A stretch of 64,000 bases of DNA from a virus (taxonomy: Duplodnaviria > Caudoviricetes): positions 32,001 to 96,000 of IMG/VR virus record IMGVR_UViG_3300035498_000530; one strand, given 5' to 3'. Position numbers and translations under genes: made by a program. Positions 30,665-40,502 of this stretch are shown here, piece after piece (position 1 is the first letter of the stretch; each line of letters opens with the position of its first letter). The notes below the pieces were generated by a model. The model was given only the letters and a program-made list of their open reading frames with translations. It did not search any database and was not told the origin of the DNA.

Positions 30665-31975
30665 TTAAAACTTATCTAAGTTATAATTTCTCTTATTCTT
30701 GTTTTTCTTTGATTTCTTTCCACCATATCTTCCACTATTAGAATCTTCACCATAATCATAAGATTGAGAGAATGTATATGATGGCTTCTTTTCGGGTTTA
30801 GTATACTCTTCCTGTACAATATCTTCTTGAACTACTTTTTCTTCTTCATGATATTCCTGATTAACTTCTGCAGTTTCAGGTTTAGTATCAACAGAAACTT
30901 CAATATTTTCAGTCTGATTTTCAGGATTAGGCATATCATCATTATGAACATCAGATGTATTATCGCTCCTATTATAATCAATAGATCGTTTATTAATCTT
31001 AAAACCATGTTCATTAGAATCATTATCCCTTCTACTATTAAAAAATCTACTAGGATCCATTAAAGCTTCATCAGTTTCAATATTAAAATTGATTGCTTTA
31101 GAAGATTTAACTTCTCCTATAACCTTTGTAAACTTTGTTCCATCTTTCCTAGTTAAATTAAGTTTCATGTGTTTATTTCCTCCTTCTTTATAACTGTATA
31201 TGAACTTATCTTTAACAAACTTTTGAAGTTTGTCTGGTTCATATACTTTTCCACATTTGTTACATACAAGATTGTTAAACCCATAATCATAATCTATTTC
31301 TCCACCACAATACAATGGAGATTTAGTATCATCATTTAATTGAGCAGAACAATATAACTTGTTTCCATCAAGTTCATATACATATGGAAAGTCTAAAAGA
31401 CACACTCCAAATCCAGGACGAATACCATAATTCATCCAAGATAAAGTTCCTATATCATTTAGAACATACTTTCCAATTACAAACTTGGTAAGTAAATTAT
31501 ATACATCTTCTGAAACAGATTTGAATTCTTCTTTATTGATAATTGGTGTTATCCTTTCGAATAATCCTACTGTTCCACAAGGACTTACTTCAAAACATCT
31601 TGTTACAAATGGTTTGAGTAAGAATTGATTTTTATATTCATCTGGATTATCTGATAATCCAACTTTATCTAGAGCCACTTTAACTATAATACTACTATTC
31701 TCATAATACATATAGACAGCTCTATTAGTACCACAATGAAATCTTTTAAAACCTCGTTGTGTCATTATATCATCTATCATAGATAATTTTAGTTTAATCT
31801 TTCCAGCATATCTTAATGATGTTGCTACTTTGTTTAAACTCTGTATATCATAAACAGATAATAAGCTTAATAATGGAGGAGCGGTTAAACTTTCCCATTT
31901 AAAATCTAGTGGAGATTTATCTTTAGAATAAAGATAATCTAACACATGACTCCTTTGGAGTTTCATACTAACCAC
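30665..31975 (-). CDS. Protein-kinase-like protein with Zn ribbon and disordered tail
   Basis: CGTNRAVY (Gly loop), IIVKVA (beta3 Lys), N.DE (alphaC Glu), ND....MNYG (catalytic loop), LLDF; C..CGG..CNKCG. Confidence 0.6.
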   Translation of the reverse strand: MVSMKLQRSHVLDYLYSKDKSPLDFKWESLTAPPLLSLLSVYDIQSLNKVATSLRYAGKIKLKLSMIDDIMTQRGFKRFHCGTNRAVYMYYENSSIIVKVALDKVGLSDNPDEYKNQFLLKPFVTRCFEVSPCGTVGLFERITPIINKEEFKSVSEDVYNLLTKFVIGKYVLNDIGTLSWMNYGIRPGFGVCLLDFPYVYELDGNKLYCSAQLNDDTKSPLYCGGEIDYDYGFNNLVCNKCGKVYEPDKLQKFVKDKFIYSYKEGGNKHMKLNLTRKDGTKFTKVIGEVKSSKAINFNIETDEALMDPSRFFNSRRDNDSNEHGFKINKRSIDYNRSDNTSDVHNDDMPNPENQTENIEVSVDTKPETAEVNQEYHEEEKVVQEDIVQEEYTKPEKKPSYTFSQSYDYGEDSNSGRYGGKKSKKNKNKRNYNLDKF

Positions 31976-31979
31976 CCCC

Positions 31980-32810
31980 TTAATTATTCATTATTGCCTC
32001 TAAGAATTTAGCTTTTCTCATTGCATGCTCATTCTTAAGATGATCTGGTAATGAGACTGTTAAATCATCAACATTTGGCCCATTCAGTAATGCATTATAC
32101 ATTCCACTACTAGAATTATTAGAATGCATATTGATAAGATCATTATATTGAGATCTATTATATATAGCACCGAGATTGGAATTCTTCTGTAATTTGGTTG
32201 ACATAATTTCATCAGTATATTCTAATCCTTTGTCTTCCATTTTATTTCCAGTCATAAGTTCACCAAGACTAATATCTCCAAGCTCTTTATTTCTTTCAAT
32301 ATTTCTATTGATAAGTTCCATAGCTTCGATTTGTTCTCTTGGTATCGGAATAGGATATTTTGGATAATCATTTCTCATATTATTAATAAGCTGCTGTTGT
32401 TGTTGCATTCTTAATTGTTCTTCTTGAAAAGCTTTATATCCAAACTTATTTTCAAAATCATTATCAAATTCTTTTTCTTCTTCTGGACTAAGTGGTCCAT
32501 TATAAAATTGGTCTAATGATTTGAATATATCTCTGAGTTTATTATATTCAGAGTTATATTGCTGTTGCTGCTGTAGTTCATACTGCTGCTGTTGTTGTTG
32601 CATTGTATATGGGTTTACAAACCCTTGACCATAATAACCATTGTACCCCATATTATTATTGTACATATTATTTGGTCTGAAATAAGAATTATTGTTATTC
32701 AATAAACTACCAATCGGTGCCGGTTGTGGCTGCATTGGACGATCATTCATATACGTTGCTGCCAAAGGACCTCTTGGTGGTCTGTTGTATTTTTGATTAA
32801 AGTTGTCCAT
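31980..32810 (-). CDS. Q/N-rich low-complexity early protein
   Basis: AGAAAGGA RBS; early motif at 32848; N/Y/G/Q-rich N-terminus with polyQ runs. Confidence 0.65.
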   Translation of the reverse strand: MDNFNQKYNRPPRGPLAATYMNDRPMQPQPAPIGSLLNNNNSYFRPNNMYNNNMGYNGYYGQGFVNPYTMQQQQQQYELQQQQQYNSEYNKLRDIFKSLDQFYNGPLSPEEEKEFDNDFENKFGYKAFQEEQLRMQQQQQLINNMRNDYPKYPIPIPREQIEAMELINRNIERNKELGDISLGELMTGNKMEDKGLEYTDEIMSTKLQKNSNLGAIYNRSQYNDLINMHSNNSSSGMYNALLNGPNVDDLTVSLPDHLKNEHAMRKAKFLEAIMNN

Positions 32811-32953
32811 AATAAGTTTTGTCCTTTCTTGTTTCGACTTTCAACTTTATAATATGTATTTATAAAGTAAAATACCCCAAAGCGTAACTAAACGCTTTGG
32901 TATATTCTTTATTCTTAAGTTTGATATTTTATAAAAAGTTACCCACAAAGGCA

Positions 32954-33643
32954 TTAAAAGCCTTTGTGGTTTATTAGCCTTGAATACACATCCATCTCGT
33001 CCCTCGAAGGTATACATACTATAGCTTGAGTTGGATGATTTGGTGGGTCAAAGCAAGACAAATAATTATTATAATATTCTTCTAGAAATGTTCTTGTATC
33101 GAAGTCTATTTTGTTATTATAGTAGATAAACATCTCTAGAGTTTCTCTATTAATAGCGAATCCATTTACTTTAATAAAACTTCTATAAGCTTCCTTAATT
33201 TTGGATTCATTAGATAATAATATATGTCCTCTTATATGATATAGATTGAACTTAAGATTATTTTGTATAATAAAATTAACACAATCCATAATTATTTGCT
33301 GATTCTTAACTGGCTCATCAGATGATGATACTAAAGTCAAATCAGGCTTTATATTATTCATCCATCTATAAATCCAGTCTTTAAAAGTTTCAACACATAA
33401 TCGAGAATCGCTTATTATATTTATTTGATCATATGATTCTCTATACTTTAAAGCAAGTTGAAGAGCCATTTTAATTCCAGTAAGTTCTGACATATTATTT
33501 GTAAATCCATATAATACTTCTTTGGTCTCTTCAACTACATCTTTATTCCCATAAACTGCTACTGCACCTGCACAACCGATACTAGTATTATTTCTAGGAT
33601 CCGTCATCATTGATGCATCACTAAATATGTTTAAAATTTTCAT
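32954..33643 (-). CDS. rnhA: Ribonuclease HI
   Basis: IFSDAS, TNNMSEL, ISDS, HIRGH, NNKID catalytic motifs. Confidence 0.9.
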   Translation of the reverse strand: MKILNIFSDASMMTDPRNNTSIGCAGAVAVYGNKDVVEETKEVLYGFTNNMSELTGIKMALQLALKYRESYDQINIISDSRLCVETFKDWIYRWMNNIKPDLTLVSSSDEPVKNQQIIMDCVNFIIQNNLKFNLYHIRGHILLSNESKIKEAYRSFIKVNGFAINRETLEMFIYYNNKIDFDTRTFLEEYYNNYLSCFDPPNHPTQAIVCIPSRDEMDVYSRLINHKGF

Positions 33644-33664
33644 TTTCTTTATCTCCTTATTAGA

Positions 33665-34291
33665 TTATTCTTGGTAAACTAATTCTTTTCCGGTACTCCT
33701 CTCCCAGAAACTTATGATTGGTTCAAATATTGTTTTCAAATCATTGTATACAAGATCTATACCAAAATAGTCTGCACCTTTATTAATATGACCATTTTTA
33801 TCTATATGAAATATAGCTAGATTAAAGTATCTCTTATGACTATCATTTTCAGTGAGTTTAATACTCATAAAGGTTCTACCTTTATCATCATATCTCTTGT
33901 TGGACATCTTCATCTGAATATAATATTTTCCAGTAATATTCTTCCATTCATATCCATATTTAAGAATAATATTTTTGATATATGCTAATTGTTTATCTGT
34001 ATCATCATATATTTCCTTAGACATCTTTCTATTTGGTTCTATGATTCCACTAGTAAACAAATTATCAGCAAAGTCTTCTATACTGATTTCAAGGCCATCG
34101 TCGTTGGTATCTTCTCTTATCATTTTAATAACACTTATAGTTTTCTTAAAATGCCTTCTATGATGTTCATCCTTCCTATATAACTTCATCAGAGTTTGTT
34201 GATTTCTCGACGAAACTTCTATATCGAAATAAACACTATTATTATCCTTGGTCCATTGATGGGCCCATTTGTAATATTTCTTAAATAGCAT
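33665..34291 (-). CDS. Hypothetical early protein (start corrected to 34291)
   Basis: AAGGAGG before the ATG at 34291; early motif at 34322. Confidence 0.6.
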   Translation of the reverse strand: MLFKKYYKWAHQWTKDNNSVYFDIEVSSRNQQTLMKLYRKDEHHRRHFKKTISVIKMIREDTNDDGLEISIEDFADNLFTSGIIEPNRKMSKEIYDDTDKQLAYIKNIILKYGYEWKNITGKYYIQMKMSNKRYDDKGRTFMSIKLTENDSHKRYFNLAIFHIDKNGHINKGADYFGIDLVYNDLKTIFEPIISFWERSTGKELVYQE

Positions 34292-34399
34292 GCTATCATC
34301 CTCCTTAAGTATTATTAAATCTATAATATACAATCTCTTTTTACATTATAAAAGGCTTTAGCAGTATAAAACCGCTAAAGCCATATGGAAAGGAGAAAG

Positions 34400-34852
34400 T
34401 TAAAATGATTTTGACTTTACAATCTTAATATTATTCTGTTTGAGATCGTTAATAGCAGAAAGCATACTACTTGCTGCTCTAGACTTTCTCTGTTTTGGTG
34501 CGGTATTTTCTTCAATAAAGTTTCTAATACTTGCATTTGATTCTATTACTACAAAACAATTGTCTGCATTAATAGAATTAGCATTAGCTACAGTAAATAC
34601 TGCTTCAGAGATACTCATATTCTGATCTTTAGCAAGTCTAGCAACATTCTCAATTTCCATAAAATAGTTACCTTTTGATTCGATTACAGTTACCATTTCT
34701 GGAGTAAACTCCATTACACTTTCTGGTACAGTTCTACAACTTTCAACTTCGTTCATAAGTTCATCAATAACATAACTATCTGTAGCATTTTCTACAACAG
34801 AAGTTTCTGCTTTGACAGATTCAGTTATGATGTTATATGCACTATTAAGCAT
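34400..34852 (-). CDS. Hypothetical protein, possibly virion
   Basis: AAGGAGG RBS; followed by hairpin 34354-34382. Confidence 0.55.
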   Translation of the reverse strand: MLNSAYNIITESVKAETSVVENATDSYVIDELMNEVESCRTVPESVMEFTPEMVTVIESKGNYFMEIENVARLAKDQNMSISEAVFTVANANSINADNCFVVIESNASIRNFIEENTAPKQRKSRAASSMLSAINDLKQNNIKIVKSKSF

Positions 34853-34869
34853 AGTATTTCCTCCTTTAT

Positions 34870-35352
34870 TTAATCTTTATTATATGTTTCCTTAATTTTA
34901 TGAACTAAACGACCATTATGTAGTTCTACATAAGAATCGATAATATCCTCATACCTTTTCAATATTCCAGAGCCAGTAATATATGCATTACCATATACTT
35001 GAATAGCTCCTTCTAATTCAACATCTTCTCCAACTCTTGCACATCCTTTAATGCAGCAACTTCCCCCAACAATAGCATTATCCATCAATATAGCATTACC
35101 AGATATGCAAGCTTCATCTTTAAGTATGGCATTATTTAAAACGATTGCTTTAGAGTATGCTCTAGCGTCCCCGTAAATCCAGCTTGTACCATACTGGGAA
35201 AGATTATATTCAGATTGAACATATCCTCCGATATCCCCTGCCTTCACGTCATTAAAATCCTTTAATGCTTTTATCCTATGTAATATCATACCATGTCCAT
35301 ACTTATGTATCGTAATATATAAATCTGGACATATTATATACTTTTCAGCCAA
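34870..35352 (-). CDS. Left-handed beta-helix (hexapeptide-repeat) phage protein
   Basis: RIKALKDFNDVKAGDIGGYVQSEYNLSQ..WIYGDA followed by hexapeptide repeats. Confidence 0.8.
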   Translation of the reverse strand: MAEKYIICPDLYITIHKYGHGMILHRIKALKDFNDVKAGDIGGYVQSEYNLSQYGTSWIYGDARAYSKAIVLNNAILKDEACISGNAILMDNAIVGGSCCIKGCARVGEDVELEGAIQVYGNAYITGSGILKRYEDIIDSYVELHNGRLVHKIKETYNKD

Positions 35353-35366
35353 CCTCTATCCTCCTT

Positions 35367-36113
35367 TCAATCAGAGACATTTAAACCAATACTTTCCTTA
35401 CTAGATTTAGACATAATATCTTTCATCATATTTATAATTTCCTGTTTTGTAGGAAGATTCCAAGATCCAGATGCATCTACATAGATATAGTGTTTATCTA
35501 AGAATTGATAAGCGTCAGAGCTATTCCATATCTTAGTATATTCTTCTATTCTATTTAATACATCCATCTGATCTGGAGTTATAAAGTCCTCATACTCGTT
35601 AGCGAATTCTCTATACTTACCCATTACATGTGTTGTGGGGATAAATATGTACTGATTATGAACAAGTTCATGAACAGTTTCAGATAATGGTATAAGACCA
35701 ACTTTAAGTTGATAATGAAGTTTAATAACTTCTTCTGCAACAAGCTCTACATCTAATGATTCATACATAGCTTGTCTTTTTCTTACAACAATCCATATTA
35801 TATCTTCAATACAAAATGGATCATGATGTATATGTATCTTTATATTAGCTGATTCAGCATTAGATACACTTTCATAAAAACTACATTTATTCATGTCAAG
35901 ATTTTCTCTCATAAACTGAATCAATGTTTGATATTCAAAAGATCCTCTGCATATACGTTTAATATCTAATATATACCTTTGAAATTCTTTATCATCTGAT
36001 AGATTATAGTCAGGGATGTCATAGTCAGGAACTTGATTAAGTTTAACTACGCTGACTCTATCGGAATCAAATACAGGCTGTATAAGATTACTGGGATCCC
36101 TCATTTGTACCAC
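35367..36113 (-). CDS. HNH/His-Me-finger-like protein (paralog of 19778-20470)
   Basis: KCSF...IHIHHDP...LSETVHELVH; late motif AACA-TTATAG-TA at 36144-36133. Confidence 0.45.
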   Translation of the reverse strand: MVQMRDPSNLIQPVFDSDRVSVVKLNQVPDYDIPDYNLSDDKEFQRYILDIKRICRGSFEYQTLIQFMRENLDMNKCSFYESVSNAESANIKIHIHHDPFCIEDIIWIVVRKRQAMYESLDVELVAEEVIKLHYQLKVGLIPLSETVHELVHNQYIFIPTTHVMGKYREFANEYEDFITPDQMDVLNRIEEYTKIWNSSDAYQFLDKHYIYVDASGSWNLPTKQEIINMMKDIMSKSSKESIGLNVSD

Positions 36114-36161
36114 CTTCCTTATATAAATACTTTACTATAATGTTTAATGTACCGAAAATGG

Positions 36162-36286
36162 ACAAAAAATAAAAAAGGGGTGCCGTAGGATATCTATCCT
36201 ACGGCAAGTTCTTGTAATGAAAAATGACTATAGTTTAAACACTAAATACTTAAACACAAGGAGTATTTATTGCTTTTTACTTCATC
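36162..36286 (-). ncRNA. Candidate late sRNA H (~125 nt)
   Basis: AACT-ATACAA-TG at 36297-36286; no ORF; terminator TGCCGTAGGAT/ATCCTACGGCA 36181-36206; contains anti-SD (complement of AAGGAGTAT). Confidence 0.5.
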
Positions 36287-36314
36287 ATTGTATAGTTAGT
36301 ATTGTAATAATTTA

Positions 36315-37049
36315 TTACACATCTTGTATTTTGATAAGTAAAGACTTTAAGTAGCTTAATGTATCAGCTGCAAAATAGTTATACTTTTCAAATTTAGATT
36401 CAAATAACAAAGAATTTTCATAAAGATGTAAATTATCCAAAGCATTTTCTGGATCATCAATGTTATTTACTCTATAGTTTAAAGATAATAACACATCATG
36501 AAGATATTGTATTAATCTTTTTGCTTCTTCTTTATCTACATTATCAGGAACTCTATGATCAATATTGATCTGTGTATCACTTGTATCTTTTTGCTTAATA
36601 GTAAGCTCGTAATCTTTAAGAAGATCTAATGAATAATTATATAAGAACTCTGTTGCAATATTAAGAATATCGCATATAGGTCCTTCTTTCATATTGCTAC
36701 TATTTAAAGATCCAGAATTTGTCAAATCAATAAATCGCCTAATATATTTATCTTTTTTAGGATCATATTCTTCCATAGATATATTTCTATCAAATTCATG
36801 CTTATCTACTATATACTCATCAAGTTCCCAACCCCTTTTCATAATTTGGTGCATCTCAATATTTGAAATTCTACAAGCATGAATTATAAGATGTATTGCA
36901 TCTACATAACTAAATTTAGAATTCTTTATATACTTATCGTAATCTATAAGTGATACTAATTCATAAACAGATATAATATCTACATCTGTATTCATTGCCT
37001 TCTTCAATATTGAAATTGTTGCTTCTTTAAGTTTCATGTAGTTTTCCAT
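36315..37049 (-). CDS. Hypothetical early protein (paralog of 37049-38722)
   Basis: YDPKKD..IR and DI.NIATE.LY..SL.LLKDYE shared. Confidence 0.65.
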   Translation of the reverse strand: MENYMKLKEATISILKKAMNTDVDIISVYELVSLIDYDKYIKNSKFSYVDAIHLIIHACRISNIEMHQIMKRGWELDEYIVDKHEFDRNISMEEYDPKKDKYIRRFIDLTNSGSLNSSNMKEGPICDILNIATEFLYNYSLDLLKDYELTIKQKDTSDTQINIDHRVPDNVDKEEAKRLIQYLHDVLLSLNYRVNNIDDPENALDNLHLYENSLLFESKFEKYNYFAADTLSYLKSLLIKIQDV

Positions 37050-38722
37050 TATTCATCCTCCTCAATATTCTTTCCCACAGAAGGTGACTTTAAATATCCG
37101 ATTATACTAGATGCAAATGCTGCGCATTGGGCACCTGATAATTCTTTTGCCTTGGTTTCATAAAAATTTAAAAAAGATAAAGTATTTTTTGCATGATGCT
37201 GTACTCCATCTAAAACTTTGTTTACAAATATTAACATGTCTTCAGCATCTTCTTTAATTGATGATTTTATTACTGAATATAATCTTGATTCTATGTTTTT
37301 CTGAATATGCCTTGGTTCTTCAATTCTATTCTTATCTGGCATATAAAGAATACTTATAAAGAATTCATAGTTATCTTTAAGTCTATATTCTAAATCATAC
37401 TTGAAGAGATAGTCTGCTCTCTGTCTTAAAATAAATTTAATAGCAGAATAGTATGTGTCTTTAAAATCATCTAATAATACCATATTGATAAATCGTATAG
37501 ATTTAGATGATTTTAATTCATATATTGATTCTGTTATATCATTTATAAAAATATTTATAAAATGACTATACTTTAATTTTATTAGCTCATCATCTATATT
37601 ATAGACTGGCTTTTTGAAAAATACAGAATCAATATATCCGTTTAATATACAATTGCTAATATAATTAATTCTTTCTCTAAAGAAATCCACGTAATTATCA
37701 ATGATTTTCATAATACCATCATAGTCTTCTTTATATTTATAATCATAGATATAATATTTATTGATAAATTGTCTTTTGACACTATCCATATCAAATTCTG
37801 CTTTAGAATCTTGTGAATCTGTAGAATTATCAGATTTCTCATTATCAGATAACCAATTTTCTTTTTCTGATATTCTCTTAATCATAGATTGAATATCATT
37901 ACAGATATACTTAATCATATTATATAAAGAAATAGCATCTTTATTTTCTAAGCGTGTTCCATCTGGAACTTTTGTTCTACTATAGACATATTCAAATAAA
38001 TCTTTATCTGTTATAAATCTTTTTTCTTTTATACACTTTGAAAGAATTTCGTCTGCTGCCATTATACTACCATATATCATATCAAAAAACAATGTGTCTC
38101 CACCAAAATAAATATTACAGAAAAGCGTTGCTTTACCGCCTGCAAATCTTCTATAATATTCAGCATCTTCAGAATAGCATGAAATGAGATCATCTAATTC
38201 TTCATCTAGTTCTGTATTGCCTTCATAATCTTTAAGAAGATTTAATGAATGATCATATAATAATTCTGTTGCAATATTGATTATATCATCCATAATACTC
38301 CCTATACTAGGAATACTATTAACGCTTACAGTATCAGGAGATTTATTCGTAGATAAGTAATGTCTAATACAATTATCCTTCTTAGGATCATAGTCTTCTT
38401 CTGACTCTTCTTTACAGAAATTATGTCTTGAGCAAATATATTCATAAAGATCTCCATTATGCCTTATAATACTCTGCATTTCTTGCTCTTGCTTACAGCA
38501 ATAAAATGCTACATTAGCTATATTATGACACATAGAAAATCCTATTTCTGATGCAAATAATGGACCTCTAAATATACTCATTTCATCATTATCTGGAGCA
38601 GTAATAGTTGATACATAATCAAATATTCTATCTGCAGCTCTATCTGGTCTACCTTCATTCATTGCGTCTGTTAAAGCTTCCTCCACTTCAACTCTAAGTT
38701 GATCATAGTTATAGTTTTTCAT
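37049..38722 (-). CDS. Hypothetical early protein
   Basis: AAGGAGG RBS; early motif at 38781. Confidence 0.65.
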   Translation of the reverse strand: MKNYNYDQLRVEVEEALTDAMNEGRPDRAADRIFDYVSTITAPDNDEMSIFRGPLFASEIGFSMCHNIANVAFYCCKQEQEMQSIIRHNGDLYEYICSRHNFCKEESEEDYDPKKDNCIRHYLSTNKSPDTVSVNSIPSIGSIMDDIINIATELLYDHSLNLLKDYEGNTELDEELDDLISCYSEDAEYYRRFAGGKATLFCNIYFGGDTLFFDMIYGSIMAADEILSKCIKEKRFITDKDLFEYVYSRTKVPDGTRLENKDAISLYNMIKYICNDIQSMIKRISEKENWLSDNEKSDNSTDSQDSKAEFDMDSVKRQFINKYYIYDYKYKEDYDGIMKIIDNYVDFFRERINYISNCILNGYIDSVFFKKPVYNIDDELIKLKYSHFINIFINDITESIYELKSSKSIRFINMVLLDDFKDTYYSAIKFILRQRADYLFKYDLEYRLKDNYEFFISILYMPDKNRIEEPRHIQKNIESRLYSVIKSSIKEDAEDMLIFVNKVLDGVQHHAKNTLSFLNFYETKAKELSGAQCAAFASSIIGYLKSPSVGKNIEEDE

Positions 38723-38821
38723 TTTCGTTGTCCTCCTTATTGATCTTATAGTGTATTATATAACTTCTGTTATACAGATCTATAATATATAGTCAAAGCA
38801 TATTTAAATTATAAAAAATAA

Positions 38822-38849
38822 AACCCTAGAGCTATTACACTCTAGGGTT
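38822..38849 (-). terminator. Repeated terminator family AACCCTAG(T/A)..CTAGGGTT (copies 38822, 40441, 41766, 43869, 46676; plus-strand use at 60838)
   Basis: Near-identical stem ACCCTAGTAG/CTACTAGGGT with a TTTATTTTT tail. Confidence 0.8.
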
Positions 38850-38888
38850 ATTATTACAATAATATCAAGACTCATGCTTTGAATCTAT

Positions 38889-40322
38889 TCATTCTTTAAC
38901 ATGATTTTTAATATCAATATCTTTATCTGTAGTACTTGATGTTGGATTATTACTTAAGCCAGCCATACTATTATACAAATCCTGTTCAGATGGATCTACT
39001 ACAGGTTTAGGATCACACTTAGGTCCAGTATATGCAGTATTCTGATTAAAACTATATATGGGTGCTCCATAGTTAAGCTGCTGACCATAGTCAAATGGCA
39101 ACTGCTGATAAGGTTTAAATCCTGGATAATACTGCTGCGGCTGACCATACTGCATATGTGGGGTAAACGGATTCCAAGATTCATTCTTACTAGGATCATT
39201 ACTATAGTATTTTCTCTTATCTTCAAGTATAACCCTACAGCATTTATGCACCTCATTCATTATTCTTTCATCAAATAAATACAATAAAAAGTTCTTTTGA
39301 TTACCTGATAATGACTCGTTATCATATATACTATGTCTTATTTCATCGATTTCAAGTACTACACAAGAAAATGCTTCTACCTTGTTATTATGCTGTATAT
39401 TGATACTTGCATACAAATTAACAGAAATATTAAATAATTTATCGAGATATTCACGTAACCATTCAAAGCTACTTTCATTTTTACAATATTCTGAAAATTT
39501 GTTTTCTATATCATCAAATTCTTTTCTGATATAACCAGGTTTATTTAATGATAATACATAACCAATACAGTCATATGCAATAGAATACCTAGATCCGAGC
39601 AAATTAAAAAGAACAAAATCAAATGATATTTTATTATGCAGTTCTTCTATGAATTCATCATACATTTTCAAATTGAAGTACTCTTTAATAATATCAGGAA
39701 TGCATTTTACTAAATATTCAGTAAATAAGATTTGAGTAGACTCTTTATAATCTGCTAAATCTTTCTCTATATTAATAGCAGTATCCATCCTATAATTTAT
39801 ATGATCCATAAAGTATTCAATCCAGTCAGCGCTATAATTGCTGCATGAAAATGGAAAACGACTTTTTAATGCTATGATTCTGTCATTTAATGAACTTTCT
39901 GAAGAGTTTATACTTGTGCATCCATGATGCATAAAATCTATAGCTAAAAGTTTTTCATAATTACGATCATACATAGAATCATATAAACTCATACCAATCA
40001 ATATATCATGATCGTTGAATCTTAATGAAGAATAAGAATAGATTACTGCAGGATCCAATGATACCATATCTTTTATTTTAGATACAATATAATTAAAAAG
40101 ATCATTAACTTTAGCTATTTTCTTATCCTCCAATGTAATTCTACAATATGATTTTCCATTAGAATCTGGTGTATAGAGCAACAAAGCTACATCTTTTGTA
40201 AATTTCTTATAAATGTCTTGATCATTAACAATATTATCAACCGAATATACTACTTGCTTTTGATCTTGATAAATAAAATCACCCATCTCCATTACTTCGT
40301 TTAAAAGTTCTTTTCTAATCAT
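38889..40322 (-). CDS. Hypothetical early protein, helical family, with Q/Y/P-rich tail
   Basis: Conserved leader cassette upstream; IPDII..YF and S.NQK.FLLY shared with 40503-41642. Confidence 0.65.
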   Translation of the reverse strand: MIRKELLNEVMEMGDFIYQDQKQVVYSVDNIVNDQDIYKKFTKDVALLLYTPDSNGKSYCRITLEDKKIAKVNDLFNYIVSKIKDMVSLDPAVIYSYSSLRFNDHDILIGMSLYDSMYDRNYEKLLAIDFMHHGCTSINSSESSLNDRIIALKSRFPFSCSNYSADWIEYFMDHINYRMDTAINIEKDLADYKESTQILFTEYLVKCIPDIIKEYFNLKMYDEFIEELHNKISFDFVLFNLLGSRYSIAYDCIGYVLSLNKPGYIRKEFDDIENKFSEYCKNESSFEWLREYLDKLFNISVNLYASINIQHNNKVEAFSCVVLEIDEIRHSIYDNESLSGNQKNFLLYLFDERIMNEVHKCCRVILEDKRKYYSNDPSKNESWNPFTPHMQYGQPQQYYPGFKPYQQLPFDYGQQLNYGAPIYSFNQNTAYTGPKCDPKPVVDPSEQDLYNSMAGLSNNPTSSTTDKDIDIKNHVKE

Positions 40323-40468
40323 AGTAGTTTCCTTTCTTGTATCTTAGTAGATACCTATGTATTATTATTTAGCTCAACATAATTGCTATATTATTACTAT
40401 TATAATATGTAACCATATGTACTAAGAATAGCAAAAAATAAACCCTAGTAGAATGAACTACTAGGGTT
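40323..40468 (-). repeat. Early-gene cassette repeat, copy 1 (terminator + early motif + structured leader + AGAAAGGA RBS)
   Basis: Minus strand ACATATTATA...AATATAGCAATTATGTTGAGCTAAATAATAATACATAGGTATCTACTAAGATACAAGAAAGGA. Confidence 0.9.
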
Positions 40469-40502
40469 ATTATTAATCAACAACATTAGTGCTTATGATC
40501 AT

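Noticed and set aside
40355-40392. preQ1-I riboswitch identity for the repeated leader
   Set aside because: Topology is superficially similar (short stem, ~11-nt loop, A-rich tail), but the conserved loop and tail nucleotides are missing and downstream genes are unrelated to queuosine.
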